From a virus (lineage: Duplodnaviria > Heunggongvirae > Uroviricota > Caudoviricetes), in the IMG/VR virus record IMGVR_UViG_3300029686_000222, positions 1-36,195 of that record: a stretch of 36,195 nucleotides of DNA; one strand, written 5' to 3'. A program made the translations under genes and the position numbers. A model generated the notes under the pieces. It did no database searches, was not told the origin of the DNA, and saw nothing but the letters and a program-made list of their open reading frames with translations. Every line of letters starts with the position of its first letter. Positions within the stretch are counted from its first letter, which is position 1. Below are positions 34,840-36,195 of the stretch, piece after piece.

Positions 34840-35133
34840 ATGGACATTCCTCAAAAAATTCGCGTCATGCGCAAATCTGAAGATCTCACTCAGCGGGAAT
34901 TCGCTGATATGATTGGAATTTCTTATTCTGCTCTGACCAGTTATGAGTATGGTCGTAACCTTCCTGGCCTTGAGATCACTATCAAGCTTTTCAAGCACCC
35001 GAGATTTTCTAAATACCGCGACTGGTTTCTGTTTGATGAAGTTGAACCCAAGGCCGGGCAGGTTGTACCGGCTCTCGCACACATTGGGCAAGGCGAAGCG
35101 GAATCATCCCGCTCCGGCAAGAAGACTGGTTAA
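34840..35133 (+). CDS. C: Immunity repressor, P2 C-like (98 aa)
   Basis: Start at the ATG with AGGAG RBS. KIRVMRKSEDLTQREFADMIGISYSALTSYEYGRN and the VPALAHIGQGE...SGKKTG terminus match P2 C (KIVLMRKSEYLSRQQLADLTGVPYGTLSYYESGRS ... APALAHFGQNE...SGQKTG). Confidence 0.85.
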   Translation: MDIPQKIRVMRKSEDLTQREFADMIGISYSALTSYEYGRNLPGLEITIKLFKHPRFSKYRDWFLFDEVEPKAGQVVPALAHIGQGEAESSRSGKKTG

Positions 35134-35199
35134 CGGTTCACCAGGCATTTATTTCCCAGAGCTGTGATCAAGATGATGTTTTCATTGGAGGGCTTCCTT

Positions 35200-36195
35200 A
35201 TGTCGATTAAGAAGCTCGCTAATGGCAAATTTTGTGTGGACGTGCGGCCAGCTGGATCAGAAGGAAAAAGATTCAGGCGGCGATTTGATACTCGTGGTGA
35301 GGCTGTTTTGTATGAGCGTCATGTATTGCAGCATTACCACGACAAAGACTGGGTTGATAAGCCAACAGAACGGCGCTCGCTGAGGGAGTTGCTGGATTGT
35401 TGGTGGCTATACCACGGGAAAAATCATCCTTACGGTGCGATGGAGCGAGTGCGTATTTCTGCGGTCATTAGTGATCTTGAAAGTATTAATGTTACACGCA
35501 GCGACCAACTTACTCGTAAGAACATAATTAATTATCGGTTATTGTTGCTTAACCGCGGAATAAAACAATCCACGGTTAATCGTTATTGCGCAATGATGAG
35601 TGGTTTCTTCACAAAACTAATTGACGCAGAGGAATATTCTGGGGCTAATCCGTTTCATGATGTGAAAAAACTTAATATCAAACAGCCTGAAATGGCTTAT
35701 TTGTATCATGAAGATATTCCACGATTACTGGAGTTGTTATCTGGTGATGAATTAAAAGCTGTCTTGTTGTGTCTGGCAACAGGTGGAAGATGGAGTGAGG
35801 TTGCAAATATCAAGGGGGAGCATGTTATTAGCGGCAAAGTCATTTTTATGGAAACCAAAAATGGGAAGCGTCGCGTTATACCTATATCGTCAGAACTGGA
35901 GTGCATGATTAAAACAAAGGCCACTGGTCGTTTAATTTATCCAAGTTATGCAGCTGTCAGAGCTGCTATCAGAAAGGTGAGGCCCGATCTTCCTGAAGGG
36001 CAGTCGATACATGTTTTACGGCATACCTTTGCCACTCACTTCATGATTAATGGTGGGAATATCATCACTTTGCAGAGAATACTTGGACATAGCACTATTC
36101 AGCAGACGATGACTTATGCCCATTTTGCACCGGATTATCTACAGGATGCTGTGCGCTTTAATCCTGTGGCTGAGTTGTCCAGATATTGCCCATAA
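35200..36195 (+). CDS. int: Tyrosine integrase, P2 Int family (331 aa)
   Basis: Start at the ATG with GGAG RBS (MSIKKLANGKFCVDVRPAG...). C-terminal catalytic block HVLRHTFATHFMINGGNIITLQRILGHSTIQQTMTYAHFAPDYLQDAV is near-identical in pattern to P2 Int. The stop is the last base of the window. Confidence 0.9.
   Translation: MSIKKLANGKFCVDVRPAGSEGKRFRRRFDTRGEAVLYERHVLQHYHDKDWVDKPTERRSLRELLDCWWLYHGKNHPYGAMERVRISAVISDLESINVTRSDQLTRKNIINYRLLLLNRGIKQSTVNRYCAMMSGFFTKLIDAEEYSGANPFHDVKKLNIKQPEMAYLYHEDIPRLLELLSGDELKAVLLCLATGGRWSEVANIKGEHVISGKVIFMETKNGKRRVIPISSELECMIKTKATGRLIYPSYAAVRAAIRKVRPDLPEGQSIHVLRHTFATHFMINGGNIITLQRILGHSTIQQTMTYAHFAPDYLQDAVRFNPVAELSRYCP

Noticed and set aside
1-36195. CRISPR array or other long tandem repeat arrays
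   Set aside because: No regularly spaced direct repeats of 25-40 bp anywhere in the window; only short dyads and motif pairs were found.

Overview
About 94% of this 36.2-kb window is one mosaic P2-like (Peduovirinae-type) temperate prophage, read here from its tail end (left) to its integrase (right); the window ends exactly at the integrase stop codon, so the att site is not visible. All calls rest on reading the six-frame translations against remembered family motifs and on synteny with phage P2; no database search was run, and coordinates follow the ORF track, with starts adjusted where an ATG/GTG plus Shine-Dalgarno fits better.

Layout, left to right:
- 1-2300: an AT-rich gene for a 401-aa WYL + BRCT domain protein, then a Hok/Gef-family type I toxin locus (46-aa ORF absent from the ORF track, with flanking hairpins and a candidate Sok-like antisense terminator), then a repeat-rich non-coding stretch.
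- 2318-18439 (minus strand): one long tail operon, transcribed right to left: R/S-like completion proteins, sheath, tube, an embedded lysis cassette (holin, 35-aa cationic peptide, M15 endolysin), tail chaperone with a -1 frameshift site, tape measure, W-like, J, I, tail fiber, fiber assembly, a second 842-aa fiber, two unknown proteins, and a 565-aa spike-like protein.
- 18449-25020: P2-like head module: L, M, N, O on the minus strand; divergent P (terminase ATPase), Q (portal) and an Ogr/Delta-like zinc-finger activator on the plus strand.
- 25021-27470: presumed cos region, then the position that in P2 holds tin/old. Here it carries two small unknown genes and a complete ParM/ParR actin-type partition cassette with paired palindromes.
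- 27417-36195: early/lysogeny region: gene A replication initiator (940 aa), a run of small unknown early genes, Cox-like, C repressor and P2-type tyrosine integrase.

The best candidates for something undescribed are the WYL-BRCT protein at the prophage edge, the two small genes plus ParMR in the tin/old-equivalent hotspot, and the cationic peptide inside the lysis cassette. None has a function demonstrable from sequence alone.
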